Source: an uncultured delta proteobacterium (lineage in GTDB: Bacteria > Desulfobacterota > Desulfomonilia > UBA1062). Taken from it: DNA of 64,000 nucleotides. The notes under the pieces are model-generated. The model made no database searches and had not been told where the DNA came from. It worked only from the letters and a program-made list of their open reading frames with translations. Positions 1-9,388 of the stretch are shown here, one piece after another. The DNA lies in contig CAWAUM010000003.1 in the NCBI GenBank assembly GCA_963785235.1, positions 192,001-256,000 of the forward strand, in the 5' to 3' direction. Each line of letters begins with the position of its first letter. Within the stretch, counting starts at the first letter, position 1. The position numbers and the translations under genes are program-made.

Positions 1-881
1 CAATCTCTTTCAGCAACTTCTTCGTGTGATGATCAAAGTCACCGACCCCACCATTCGGATAAGAAAACAGCCTGCAACTTAATCCTGTCCGCTTTTCTAT
101 AAGCTGCTTGGAGTGATACAATTCCTCTCTCGCTTCTCCTTGAATGCACCGCGTTACGATGACATGATTCATTGTATGGCTTCCGATTGACACGATTCCT
201 TTGCTGTCAACCATTTCCATGACTTCGCCCCAAGTCAACGGGTAGTAGATTAGGATGCGTTTCGCTATCTGTAGTCAGCTTCTGCCCCAGTCTATTTTCT
301 AAATCTCTAACTATGCCTTCTACCAAATCCTGGGGTTCCAATGCCTTTAGTCTCGCCTTGATCTCTTGTTCGCATAATATCTTCAATTTGGTGTTGCTAA
401 GATCAAACGACAGTTGGTCGCCACCGATCCTTACCTTCAGCTCGCTAACTTTTGTCTCATTTATTGCATATTCAATTCTATCCATCCGCAGGAATTCCCT
501 TTTCTCAACGAAGCTACCTGTGAGGAAGACCGTGGCAGGAATATTGTATTGTTTTAAAATAGGATAGGCGATCGAATAGTTCGATAAGTACCCATCATCA
601 ATCGTAATCACCACAGAGTTATCGGGAAGTTCTTTGCCGTCATGATAGTAATCGACCAATCGATCTAATGAAATGACATTGTAGTGCTTACTCAAATATT
701 CCATTTGCATTTTAAATGCTCTGTCATGAAGATGTTTGTCGTCATGATTCTCAATCCCCTCATAGGTCTTCTTATTAGTAAACCCATGATACATCAGAAT
801 AACGACTTTCTTCCTGAACAGACACCGCATTAGTCTATGAACTTGAAGATAGTAGAGGCATCTAAATATGAGTTTCTTCAT
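1..881 (-). CDS. Polysaccharide deacetylase (NodB/CE4 family); apparent frameshift near 250; 3' end runs off the window
   Basis: ORF 207..881 has ILMYHG and VITIDDGY motifs. Another frame continues as MVDSKGIVSIGSHTMNHVIV...FSYPNG (CE4 HTxxH and YPxG motifs) to base 1. Confidence 0.85.
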
Positions 882-1816
882 GTGTCGGCATCCCGTTCGG
901 ACTTTGTGCTTACTTCCCTAGTTCTGGGTCCTTCCCAGACTGTTTAGATTTTCACGGAGAGTTATGATGGTACAACTACCAACCGAAACCAGAGACCTTT
1001 GCATATTCTCAATTGCATAATCTCCATTTTGAGCCAGATCGGTTATTGTAAGGTCATTACTCTTTCAACAGCCATAAATTCAAGTTAGATCAGCAGCTTG
1101 ATATCCCCAATTTTTCATCTTCCCTGTGGAAGGAACCATACTCCAGACAAACCTGTCCCTAGAATGCATGAACTGCAGGCGTCTTCAAGATCCAGCAAGA
1201 TATGATCTCTTGGTGTTGAGCGCTATCGCATGACAGAGCCAATCCCTACCCCATAGGGAGCGATTTCCATACATCATAAATAATATCATTTGGTTATATG
1301 TTTTTATCACAAAATATCAGTTCCAGGTCTACTTCTAAACACCATTAGATTGCGCAAAGCTCTCATCATATGATTTTACTCCAAATCTGTCAAAGAGATG
1401 AGAAATGGTTTCAAGGTCTCAAATTTATAGCTCCGCTATACCAGGTGCTAAAGTGTGCATACCTGGCTTAAACTAAGCTTTAATGCAATTGGAGTGATAA
1501 TAAGGAAAATCAGTCCCTTGCTTTATTTCATCTCTTCATCACAGAGTGCTGTTACTGTTTATAACTCAAATAGTAAATTCAATATATATCGTTTTATTCT
1601 TAGATCTCTAACTGGTTTTTGTTGATTCATGCACAGATCCTGTAAAAGCAACATGTGCGTCATGTATACTATGTATAAATTTAAAGCAATTCAAGTCAAT
1701 AGGCTGGGCACCATAAAATATCTATTGACCCCTTGACTTAATCCTTTTCGTTATTATTTTATTCTGATTCAAGCATCGTTGATATGGGACAAAGTTTTAT
1801 AACAAGGAGGTTCCAG

Positions 1817-2462
1817 ATGAAAAAATTTAATTACGGCTATTACGCTTATCGTTGTTATAGTTATCCAGTACGGCCTTTGCATCATTAAGTGAAGGCACAT
1901 GGACTTCATCCTCCGGGGCAATAAAGACCGGCTCCTGGGCACTAACAACTTATGGAAATCTACTGATACAGGGGTAATGGACTCACGTAGTTATCCTACA
2001 GGCCAGGGATTCTCCTGGGAATACCTAGGATCTGATGTCGACAATATCGTCATGGACAGACTTCACACAACTACCCGATAGTTCATTATATTACCGAGGG
2101 GTTATGGGTTTTTTTTCAGGTGGCGACTACCCCTTCAAATTCAACTTCACTGACGGCAATAATTACACTATTACAAATACCTCCGGATTATTCATCATAG
2201 TAATGAGTTATGATTCCAACTATAATTATATTCAAACAATCGAATCTTATTACATGTGTGAAGGGATTGTCGACCAGGATAATAATTACAGGATGACAAT
2301 TACTTCAGAACCAGATGTTCTTGGGATGTCAACCCGTTTATCGTTGGGACTATGGATAATATCAATTGGGATATCCATGAAGTGCCCATCCCTACATCCG
2401 TATTGATTCTAGCCTCCGGGCTGCTTGGCCTGATCGGGTTCAGGCGCAGAATCACTTCATAG
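1817..2462 (+). CDS. PEP-CTERM/VPxPxS-CTERM exosortase-target surface protein (broken by indels)
   Basis: AGGAGG RBS at 1805 and ATG at 1817 with a signal-peptide-like start. The C-terminus at 2379-2462 reads EVPIPTSVLILASGLLGLIGFRRRITS* (motif, TM helix, Arg cluster). The middle is given by ORFs 1899..2081 and 2035..2406. Confidence 0.8.
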
Positions 2463-2495
2463 CCTATCGAGGCGGCAATCAATGCTGACAACTCG

Positions 2496-2524
2496 TGGGG
2501 CAGGGTGATACAGACCCTGCCCCA
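2496..2524 (+). terminator. GC-rich hairpin after the PEP-CTERM gene
   Basis: TGGGGCAGGGT-gatacag-ACCCTGCCCCA, a perfect 11-bp stem followed by ttattct. Confidence 0.55.
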
Positions 2525-2724
2525 TTATTCTATTCTGAGGAACATCTTTCCTTTTTCTCTTTCATTCATTGAGATCATTATTGATTCCAACAAGCACCAG
2601 GCATGCATTCTTTTCAGTTGCCCCAAACCAATATATGACGTATTTTCAGGAAGAGAAGATAAATCCATGGTTATAAGCGGTTATATTATTCAGACCTGTG
2701 AGGAATGTTCACTAGGCTACAGAT

Positions 2725-4008
2725 ATGTATGAAAAATATTTCGGGTTTACCATAAAGCCTTTCCTGACAATCCCAAACCCTGAGGTATTCTACCCGAGCC
2801 CGAAGCATGAAAAGGCCCTTACCTATCTTGAATATGGACTCATGGAAAAGACAGGGTTCATTCTCCTCACCGGAGAGATCGGATCAGGAAAGACAACACT
2901 CATCAAGCATCTCATCAATAAGATCGAATCACAGATTGATATTGCCGTTATATTCAATACAAATGTCACAGCCGAACAGCTCATCGGTTTGATACTGAAC
3001 GAGTTCGAACTGGCCCCGGGTAATGGCAGCAAGGCAGATGCCCTCAACAACCTTTACCTGTTCCTCATAGAAAAATATGCACATCACCGCCGCGTGCTGC
3101 TCGTCATTGATGAAGCCCAAAACCTCAGCCGTGACGCGCTGGAAGAAGTGAGGATGCTGTCGAACCTCCAGAGTGACGACCAGATGCTCTTACAGATCAT
3201 GCTCGTCGGCCAGCCCGAATTGAGGACAAAGATCAGAAAACCGAACCTTGCCCAGCTCAACCAGCGCATAACTGTCGCATACCACCTCCCTGCGCTGACC
3301 CGTGAAGAGACCGGGGCCTACATCGCATACCGGCTGGAAAAGGCCGGAGGTAAGCCTGATATCTTTTCCCGTGAAGCCATAGACCTGATTCATCAAACGA
3401 GCTGCGGCATACCCAGAACCGTCAACATCATCTGCGACACCGCCCTTGTATATGCATATGCAGACGATCTGAAAACAGTCGACGTGTCCATCATAGAACA
3501 GGTGATAGAAGACAGAGAGGGCGAGGGCCTGTCCTACCATACAACCGAAACACCTGAAGCAAAAGACACACCCCGTAATTCTGGAGCACGTCTGGAAAGG
3601 CTTGAAGCCCTTGAAGACAGCTTTCACAAGTTTCAATTGCATATGGCCACACGCATGGGTGATCTTGAGATGCTTTCTCAGAAATTCAGAGATGAGCTTA
3701 TCACCCAGCTTAAGGATCAGTACGAAAGGGAACGCGCAAAAAACGAGAGCCTGCTGGTTGAGCACGCCAAGTTCAAAGATAAGTATAATGAACTGCTGGA
3801 AAAACTGAAGATCAGAGAAAAACCCGATATCCATATATCAAGAAAAAAAGATAGTCTGGTTGACCCGGCGGGCACTCAAACAGCTTCATCTCCTGATACT
3901 CCGGCTGCAGAAAGTTTTGAACAGATCAGGGAAGGATTTCGAAAAGAACTGGATACTGCTCTAAAGGAAATCAGTGCCCCACTTACAACCGGCAAGAAAG
4001 GCAAATAA
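2725..4008 (+). CDS. ExeA-like AAA ATPase, XrtA/PEP-CTERM system-associated type, with C-terminal coiled coil
   Basis: MYEKYFGFTIKPF start, Walker A GEIGSGKT, Walker B VIDEAQNL, LVGQPEL and GIPRTVN motifs; next to a PEP-CTERM gene. Confidence 0.85.
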   Translation: MYEKYFGFTIKPFLTIPNPEVFYPSPKHEKALTYLEYGLMEKTGFILLTGEIGSGKTTLIKHLINKIESQIDIAVIFNTNVTAEQLIGLILNEFELAPGNGSKADALNNLYLFLIEKYAHHRRVLLVIDEAQNLSRDALEEVRMLSNLQSDDQMLLQIMLVGQPELRTKIRKPNLAQLNQRITVAYHLPALTREETGAYIAYRLEKAGGKPDIFSREAIDLIHQTSCGIPRTVNIICDTALVYAYADDLKTVDVSIIEQVIEDREGEGLSYHTTETPEAKDTPRNSGARLERLEALEDSFHKFQLHMATRMGDLEMLSQKFRDELITQLKDQYERERAKNESLLVEHAKFKDKYNELLEKLKIREKPDIHISRKKDSLVDPAGTQTASSPDTPAAESFEQIREGFRKELDTALKEISAPLTTGKKGK

Positions 4009-4136
4009 GCCTAAACAAGATAAGCCCGAAAACAGATTTCAAAAAACCCCTCAGCGTGATTCATAAGTCGTTCTTCGACCCGAAGGAGAGAGACCCCACT
4101 GAAAGAACGGGGCCATCCCCCTCTTGAACAGTTCGC

Positions 4137-6068
4137 TCAGTTGAAGTCTGAAGGTGCAGGCCTGTCACGCCTGCCTCCTGTGCCGCCTTCCTCCATGATC
4201 TCTTCATTCTTCACTACCTTATGCCATCCCTTTTTCTCATCCTTGGCCTGTTCAAGGTAGGACTTGAGGGTCAACTCCTGTTTTTTCGTCATGAGCTGCC
4301 TCATGATCATATCATTTTGTTTCTTATCCATAGCCCTGATGTCTGCTGTCTTCTTGGACTTCATCCACACCAGGTATACTGTTCCCTTATTCTCAAAGAC
4401 CTTGGGGCTTTTCAGTGAATCAAGATCATCGGCGAGTTTGGGTACCATGGACAGCTTGGGCACGGCAGACGCTGCCCGTGTGAACTCCCCTGTTGTGCCG
4501 GGGTTCAGGGCGTTCAACTGCTCGGGTGACCCGGCAGCAAGCTTCTTTGCATACTCCTTTGCCTTTTCAACAGAGGTCTTTGCCCTGATGTCTGCGGTGA
4601 CACGGTCCGCCACTTCCTTCAGATCAGGTATACGGGAAGGTTCCTTCTTGGTTACCATGTAGATAAGGAACCCGACCGGGGTGCTTGCAACCTCGCCAAG
4701 CTCTCCTGTCTGGAAGGTAAAGGCCTTCTTTACCGCCTCGGGACTCATGGAGAGCCCTGATTCCTGCCCCTCGGAGAAAGGCCCTGCATGCTTGACAAGG
4801 AGGTTATTTGCCTTGGCAAAGGCATCAAGGTCAGGCTTTGACTGCTCATAAAGCTGCATGAATGCCTTTTCGGCTTCTGCACGGGCGGTTATCTTGGCCC
4901 GTTGAAGCCTTAAGGTATCGGTCACGGTGGCTTCAACCTTCTCGAAGGGGGTGGCCTTTTTCTCCTCCTTGGCCTCAAGCTTTAAAATATGTACGCCCAA
5001 AGGAGACCTTACCGGCCCTTTTACCTCTCCTTGCTTCATGGATTCAAGCACCTCCCCCACACCCTGGGGAAAGCCTTCACGTGGCAGCATACCCATATCT
5101 CCGCCCTTCTTGGCGGTCTGCTCATCTTCGGAATATTGTGCGGCCAGGGCAGCAAAATCCTTACCCGCATTCGCCTCATCCACTATCTTCTTTATCAGCT
5201 GTTCCTTCTGTGCAAGCACATTGGCATCGGCTCCCTCGGCAATCTTGATGAGGATATTACGCACATGATACTTAGCCGGCTCGCTGTAGTCTGTTTTATG
5301 GCCTTCATAATAATCCAGGACTTCTTCCTTGGTGACCTGAGTGCCCGCCAGATAACCGGCAGCCGGATATTCAATGGCGCCAAGGGTGATCTTGGGCGGG
5401 AGCTTGTATCGATCTTTGTTGGTATCGAAGTACGACTGAATCTCTTTGGGATCCGGCTGTACATCCTTGGCAAAGGTTGCTGAGTCAATGGCAATATAGG
5501 CCAATTCATATGAATCATTCATGTAATGGTATGTGGCTTGGAGTTCAGACCTTGGCACTGTTACGTTTTCGGTGAGCACGCCCACAAAACGCTGCTTCAC
5601 TATGTCCTTGCTCAGCTTCAGTTCAAAATCAGCAGGTGTAAGGCGTTCGTATTCGAGATACCTCCTGTAGCTGGAATCATCAAACTTTCCTTCCCTGCTA
5701 AAGGCAGGAACCTGGGCAATGGTTTGCTGAAGATCCGACTCCGTAACCTCGATGCCCATTTTTTTGGCATCAACCTCAATAATATATTCATCGATCAGCT
5801 GGTCAAGCACTGTCTTCTTGAGATTAAGCTTATTGAGCATCTCTTGAGTCAGGGCATTGCCGAAACGATCCTGGTACATTTTTAACTGTTCCGTATATGC
5901 CTTTGAGAATTGCTCCAATGATATGATGTGCCGGTCGATCTTGGCGACCATGCTCGCCTCGCGTGATAGATAGGAGCTGCCTCCCCAAAGAACGAACACG
6001 ACGATAATGGCCCCGAAGGCAGTGTAGGCGAGCCAGCCTTTAGAATGTTTGCGGAAATAGGTAAGCAT
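4137..6068 (-). CDS. ppiD: Periplasmic chaperone / peptidyl-prolyl isomerase D (SurA N-terminal + parvulin domain)
   Basis: N-terminal TM anchor (MLTYFRKHSKGW..IIVVFVLWG) and parvulin motifs FAALAAQYSED..KGGDMG and GPVRSPLGVHILK; 643 aa. Confidence 0.85.
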   Translation of the reverse strand: MLTYFRKHSKGWLAYTAFGAIIVVFVLWGGSSYLSREASMVAKIDRHIISLEQFSKAYTEQLKMYQDRFGNALTQEMLNKLNLKKTVLDQLIDEYIIEVDAKKMGIEVTESDLQQTIAQVPAFSREGKFDDSSYRRYLEYERLTPADFELKLSKDIVKQRFVGVLTENVTVPRSELQATYHYMNDSYELAYIAIDSATFAKDVQPDPKEIQSYFDTNKDRYKLPPKITLGAIEYPAAGYLAGTQVTKEEVLDYYEGHKTDYSEPAKYHVRNILIKIAEGADANVLAQKEQLIKKIVDEANAGKDFAALAAQYSEDEQTAKKGGDMGMLPREGFPQGVGEVLESMKQGEVKGPVRSPLGVHILKLEAKEEKKATPFEKVEATVTDTLRLQRAKITARAEAEKAFMQLYEQSKPDLDAFAKANNLLVKHAGPFSEGQESGLSMSPEAVKKAFTFQTGELGEVASTPVGFLIYMVTKKEPSRIPDLKEVADRVTADIRAKTSVEKAKEYAKKLAAGSPEQLNALNPGTTGEFTRAASAVPKLSMVPKLADDLDSLKSPKVFENKGTVYLVWMKSKKTADIRAMDKKQNDMIMRQLMTKKQELTLKSYLEQAKDEKKGWHKVVKNEEIMEEGGTGGRRDRPAPSDFN

Positions 6069-6206
6069 TCAGATCTCCTTCATTTGCAATGGCATATTGA
6101 TGGGCAAAATAGTTGAAGAGGAAAAATATTGCAAGGATTTCATTTGTCGATATAATCTACATTGTTTTTACGGATGCCAGGTATACCGGTTCATGAAGGA
6201 GGATTT

Positions 6207-6482
6207 GTGGAAAGATTATTCTTTTTTGGCGGGGTAGGCGCTACTGTGGGGGGGTTTGCAGTAATTTTATATCAGGGCATCATCTTCCTTAAAGAAGGGG
6301 CATGGGTTCCCTATCCGGTCTTGAGCGTTATTGATACAGGGCCCGGCTCGCTGGGGGAGAGTCTTGTTGCAAACCAGACAGTTATGGATGTCCTGCAGAA
6401 ATGCCCTCTGTCCGCTGCGCTCATAGCCTTGGGTGTTATCCTGCTCCTGGTTGCCGGCAGGCTCAAGAACCGGTATGCGTAG
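6207..6482 (+). CDS. Hypothetical membrane protein
   Basis: AGGAGG RBS before GTG 6207; two hydrophobic segments. Confidence 0.6.
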   Translation: MERLFFFGGVGATVGGFAVILYQGIIFLKEGAWVPYPVLSVIDTGPGSLGESLVANQTVMDVLQKCPLSAALIALGVILLLVAGRLKNRYA

Positions 6483-6957
6483 CTTCATGCTTTAGGCTCC
6501 ACACCCCGAGCCCCTTTGACCTTGCCTCCCGTTCATAGACCATGAACAGGTCGCGCCAGGGATGGTAGAACTGCCGGTAAGCCCGTGCCCATCCATCACG
6601 GATAATTCGGCCATTCACCAGCACATCCCCAAGGGTAACATAGGCAAGTGTCCTGCCGTACTTGTCCTTAGGCGGGTCTCCTATGGTGAGGGTTACCTTT
6701 TTATTCAAGATCAGGGAGGTGAGGTACGCCTTGCTCTCCTGTCCACAGGGCTCCTCATCACGATAGGGTGATTGAACCTCAGGGGCGTCTACACCCATGA
6801 GCCTGATCTTCCTGTGATCGTCCAGCAAAATGGTGTCTCCGTCAAAAACCTGCATGACCAGGTGGGTTCCGCCATCCCCAAGCGCATGGTAGACACCCAG
6901 CAGAAGAATGACTGCAATCGATGCAACCGGCAAAAGGATCTTGTTAGGTCTTGCCAT
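6463..6957 (-). CDS. Thermonuclease (staphylococcal nuclease-like) family protein
   Basis: Signal/TM segment, then VFDGDTI, IRLMGVDAPE, DKYGRTLAYV and EARSKGLGVW motifs. Confidence 0.9.
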   Translation of the reverse strand: MARPNKILLPVASIAVILLLGVYHALGDGGTHLVMQVFDGDTILLDDHRKIRLMGVDAPEVQSPYRDEEPCGQESKAYLTSLILNKKVTLTIGDPPKDKYGRTLAYVTLGDVLVNGRIIRDGWARAYRQFYHPWRDLFMVYEREARSKGLGVWSLKHEATHTGS

Positions 6958-7068
6958 AAGCCGAACCCTTACGTTCAGATTTTATGAATGTACCCATAAT
7001 TGTTTCATGCATTTTTGTGCCTAAAGCATAGTACTCATAGTGATCATGGAATTCTTCTTAAAAATAGG

Positions 7069-7152
7069 TCCGTTCAAATCATTCATCTTGCAGCCTTGAA
7101 GGACCGAGATAATAGCATTCCGCAAGGCTGCAAGATGAATGATTTGAACGGA
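7069..7152. repeat. Perfect 30-bp inverted repeat with 24-nt spacer (MITE/REPIN-like)
   Basis: 7069-7098 TCCGTTCAAATCATTCATCTTGCAGCCTTG is the exact reverse complement of 7123-7152. Confidence 0.9.
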
Positions 7153-7192
7153 TCAGTTTTACTCCTCTTAACCACAAAATCCGACTGACCTC

Positions 7193-8329
7193 TCACTTCC
7201 CGGCCAGTTCTCCAAGGTCGGCCAGGATTGTGCTTGAATACAGTTCATTGTTGATAACCGGGGCCAGATGCGTGCCGGGCAGAATCCTTAAGGTGAGTCG
7301 TTCGGGATTTTCTGTGATGTCGGAATAGAAGGTCTGTCTGAAGCGTTCCAGATCATCTTCGGTGACATTGTCCGGGTCCTTGATGCCAAGCTGCCGCTGG
7401 GGACTCATGCAGGAATCATCACGGCCAAAGATAACCGCGATGCGTTCAAGATGGGATGCCGTTAAAGTGGTGCTGTCGCAATACCTGCTGCAATCACGGA
7501 TATCCTTGAAAACACGCCTGAGCTTGGCTGGATGGAGGTTGACGGCTGCGGCAGAGACGGACCGGAAAAAATCACCGGCAAATCCCTTGGTGAATCCCCA
7601 GGCAGACCCAAAAGTCTGCCCTGCATGACCGCTCATCTTCGTGGTTATCCTTACACATTCAAGGGCGAACTTTCCGGTCAGGCCCCAGGGGCCCCAGTGT
7701 TCGTATCCGGCGGGGCAGACCTGACCCAGGGAACAAACCGATGAGGGATAGGCATGGGCGAAGCGCCTCGCCAGAATTCCACCATGGGACCACCCGATTG
7801 ATACAATGCTGGTGCCTGTGTTGTCATTTTCAGGTGCCATGTTCAACCCATTGACTGCCACGGGCATGCTGGTGACCGGCACAAACCCCCTTACGCTCAT
7901 GCCTTCACGTGCGAGAATGAAGCGCACCATCTCCATGAGGATGACATCCTTGCCCTTGTCGCCATGGAAAGAGGACTTGGCTCCATACGGGGTGTCGCAA
8001 ACGGGTATGATCACCATGCCGGATCTGCTTAAAAGGGCAAGCCTGCTGGTAAACTCATATGCATCATCGGGTCTCTGGGCATGCCCATGGAAGAAGACAA
8101 TTACCGGTCCTGCGGGATAACCCCGAGCTGCATCAGCTGCCTTTTCTTCGGCCGTGCGCGCATCAATGAACAGACAGAAGCCTTTGATAGTCTCATCATT
8201 GAAGGCTACGGACAAGGTTTCCACTTGAGCGCTTGACGGCACAGACCTCTCAGATGCTTTGCCCGAAACAGGAACAGTGAATGCAGCAAGGATAATCGGC
8301 AGAATAATCTTCATCCTCATGGTGATCAT
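7193..8329 (-). CDS. Secreted alpha/beta-hydrolase fold protein
   Basis: Signal peptide, VFFHGH oxyanion region, GWSHGG nucleophile elbow, GRDD and PGTH candidate Asp/His. Confidence 0.7.
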   Translation of the reverse strand: MITMRMKIILPIILAAFTVPVSGKASERSVPSSAQVETLSVAFNDETIKGFCLFIDARTAEEKAADAARGYPAGPVIVFFHGHAQRPDDAYEFTSRLALLSRSGMVIIPVCDTPYGAKSSFHGDKGKDVILMEMVRFILAREGMSVRGFVPVTSMPVAVNGLNMAPENDNTGTSIVSIGWSHGGILARRFAHAYPSSVCSLGQVCPAGYEHWGPWGLTGKFALECVRITTKMSGHAGQTFGSAWGFTKGFAGDFFRSVSAAAVNLHPAKLRRVFKDIRDCSRYCDSTTLTASHLERIAVIFGRDDSCMSPQRQLGIKDPDNVTEDDLERFRQTFYSDITENPERLTLRILPGTHLAPVINNELYSSTILADLGELAGK

Positions 8330-9015
8330 TTTGTGCCGTTGGATTTATTAGATCCCTTCTCAATATCCAAGATGGTGTGCCCGCCGGGGAATGACTTGGT
8401 CACGTACTCATGCAGGTTCTCCATCTTCCTGATGATATCACGGATCTTCCTGGCCTCGGTGAGAATCTGTTGTGCCATCTCTCTGGCTTCTACGCCGTCA
8501 ACGCCTTTTTTAATGGCACTTGCCTCCCCCATGAGCACGGTAAGCGGCTGGAAGACCTCATGGGCAGTAGTGGATGCAAGCTGGTTAACCATCTCGAAAT
8601 ATTTAAGCCTGTCCTGTTCATCGCGTATGGCGACATACTCAAAGGCTTTTTTTATAGTGAATTTGAGCAGATCGGCGCTGAAGGGCTTCATGATATAATC
8701 GTACGCACCTGTCCGCAGTGCGACAATGACACTGTCAATGGTGGCATAGCCGGTGATGACCACGATGAGTGTGTTCATGTGGCGCTTGTGGATAAAATCG
8801 ATAATGGCCATCCCGTCGACGTCGGGCATCCTCAAATCCGTGATCACAACCGGATAATCCTTTTCGGAAAGAAGCCTGATACCCATCTCACCGCCTACGG
8901 CTATATCAACCTTGATGCCGTCTTCGCTCAAGATGTCTTCTACCAGGTAACAGTCCCCCTCATCGTCATCAATGACAAGGACACTTTTGTTTTCCAGGGA
9001 GGTCAAGGATTTCAT
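8326..9015 (-). CDS. Response regulator (REC) with C-terminal HisKA-like helix pair and no ATPase domain
   Basis: VLVIDDD, TDLRMPDVDG and DYIMKPF motifs, then AHEVFQPLT H-box; 229 aa only. Confidence 0.85.
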   Translation of the reverse strand: MKSLTSLENKSVLVIDDDEGDCYLVEDILSEDGIKVDIAVGGEMGIRLLSEKDYPVVITDLRMPDVDGMAIIDFIHKRHMNTLIVVITGYATIDSVIVALRTGAYDYIMKPFSADLLKFTIKKAFEYVAIRDEQDRLKYFEMVNQLASTTAHEVFQPLTVLMGEASAIKKGVDGVEAREMAQQILTEARKIRDIIRKMENLHEYVTKSFPGGHTILDIEKGSNKSNGTK

Positions 9016-9097
9016 CTATAATTAAGAATAAATGAGACTGTTCAATATATCAAGACCAGGATTGGGGAAATTTGTGAAAAGATTAAAAAAACTAAAA

Positions 9098-9122
9098 GGC
9101 CCGGCAGGAAACCTGGCGGGTT
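9098..9122 (-). terminator. Probable intrinsic terminator
   Basis: CCCGGCAGG-aaa-CCTGGCGGG imperfect stem flanked by A tracts (U tracts on the minus strand), just after ORF 9132..9320. Confidence 0.5.
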
Positions 9123-9131
9123 TATAAAAAA

Positions 9132-9320
9132 TCAGTTATCCGTCTTGGTGAGGTCCAGGTTGCCCAGGTAGGAATGCACCATGGCAACTGCCGGGGCAAG
9201 GAGCGGATTGTTGTGCTCATCATATTCCACTACGAATCTTTCCCCTGCGAAGTAGATCACTACGGGTCTTACTTCTTCCCACTTGTTCACGAGTCCTTCC
9301 CTGTACTCTTCCATTCTCAT
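9132..9320 (-). CDS. Small hypothetical protein (62 aa), probably sigma28-driven
   Basis: Purine-rich RBS region (AAGAAGGGA), its own sigma28-like promoter and a downstream hairpin. Confidence 0.55.
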   Translation of the reverse strand: MRMEEYREGLVNKWEEVRPVVIYFAGERFVVEYDEHNNPLLAPAVAMVHSYLGNLDLTKTDN

Positions 9321-9351
9321 ATGAAGCGTCCCTTCTTCTTCCTATTGTTAC

Positions 9352-9378
9352 TTATCGGGTAAAATAGTGCTCACTTAA
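9352..9378 (-). promoter_or_regulatory. Sigma28 (FliA)-like promoter
   Basis: Minus strand TTAA-N15-CCCGATAA versus consensus TAAA-N15-GCCGATAA. Confidence 0.55.
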
Positions 9379-9388
9379 GAGGTTATTC

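Noticed and set aside
882-1800. Long AT-rich intergenic region: possible ncRNA or decayed gene
   Set aside because: No recognisable ORF, RNA motif or convincing sigma54 site by eye.
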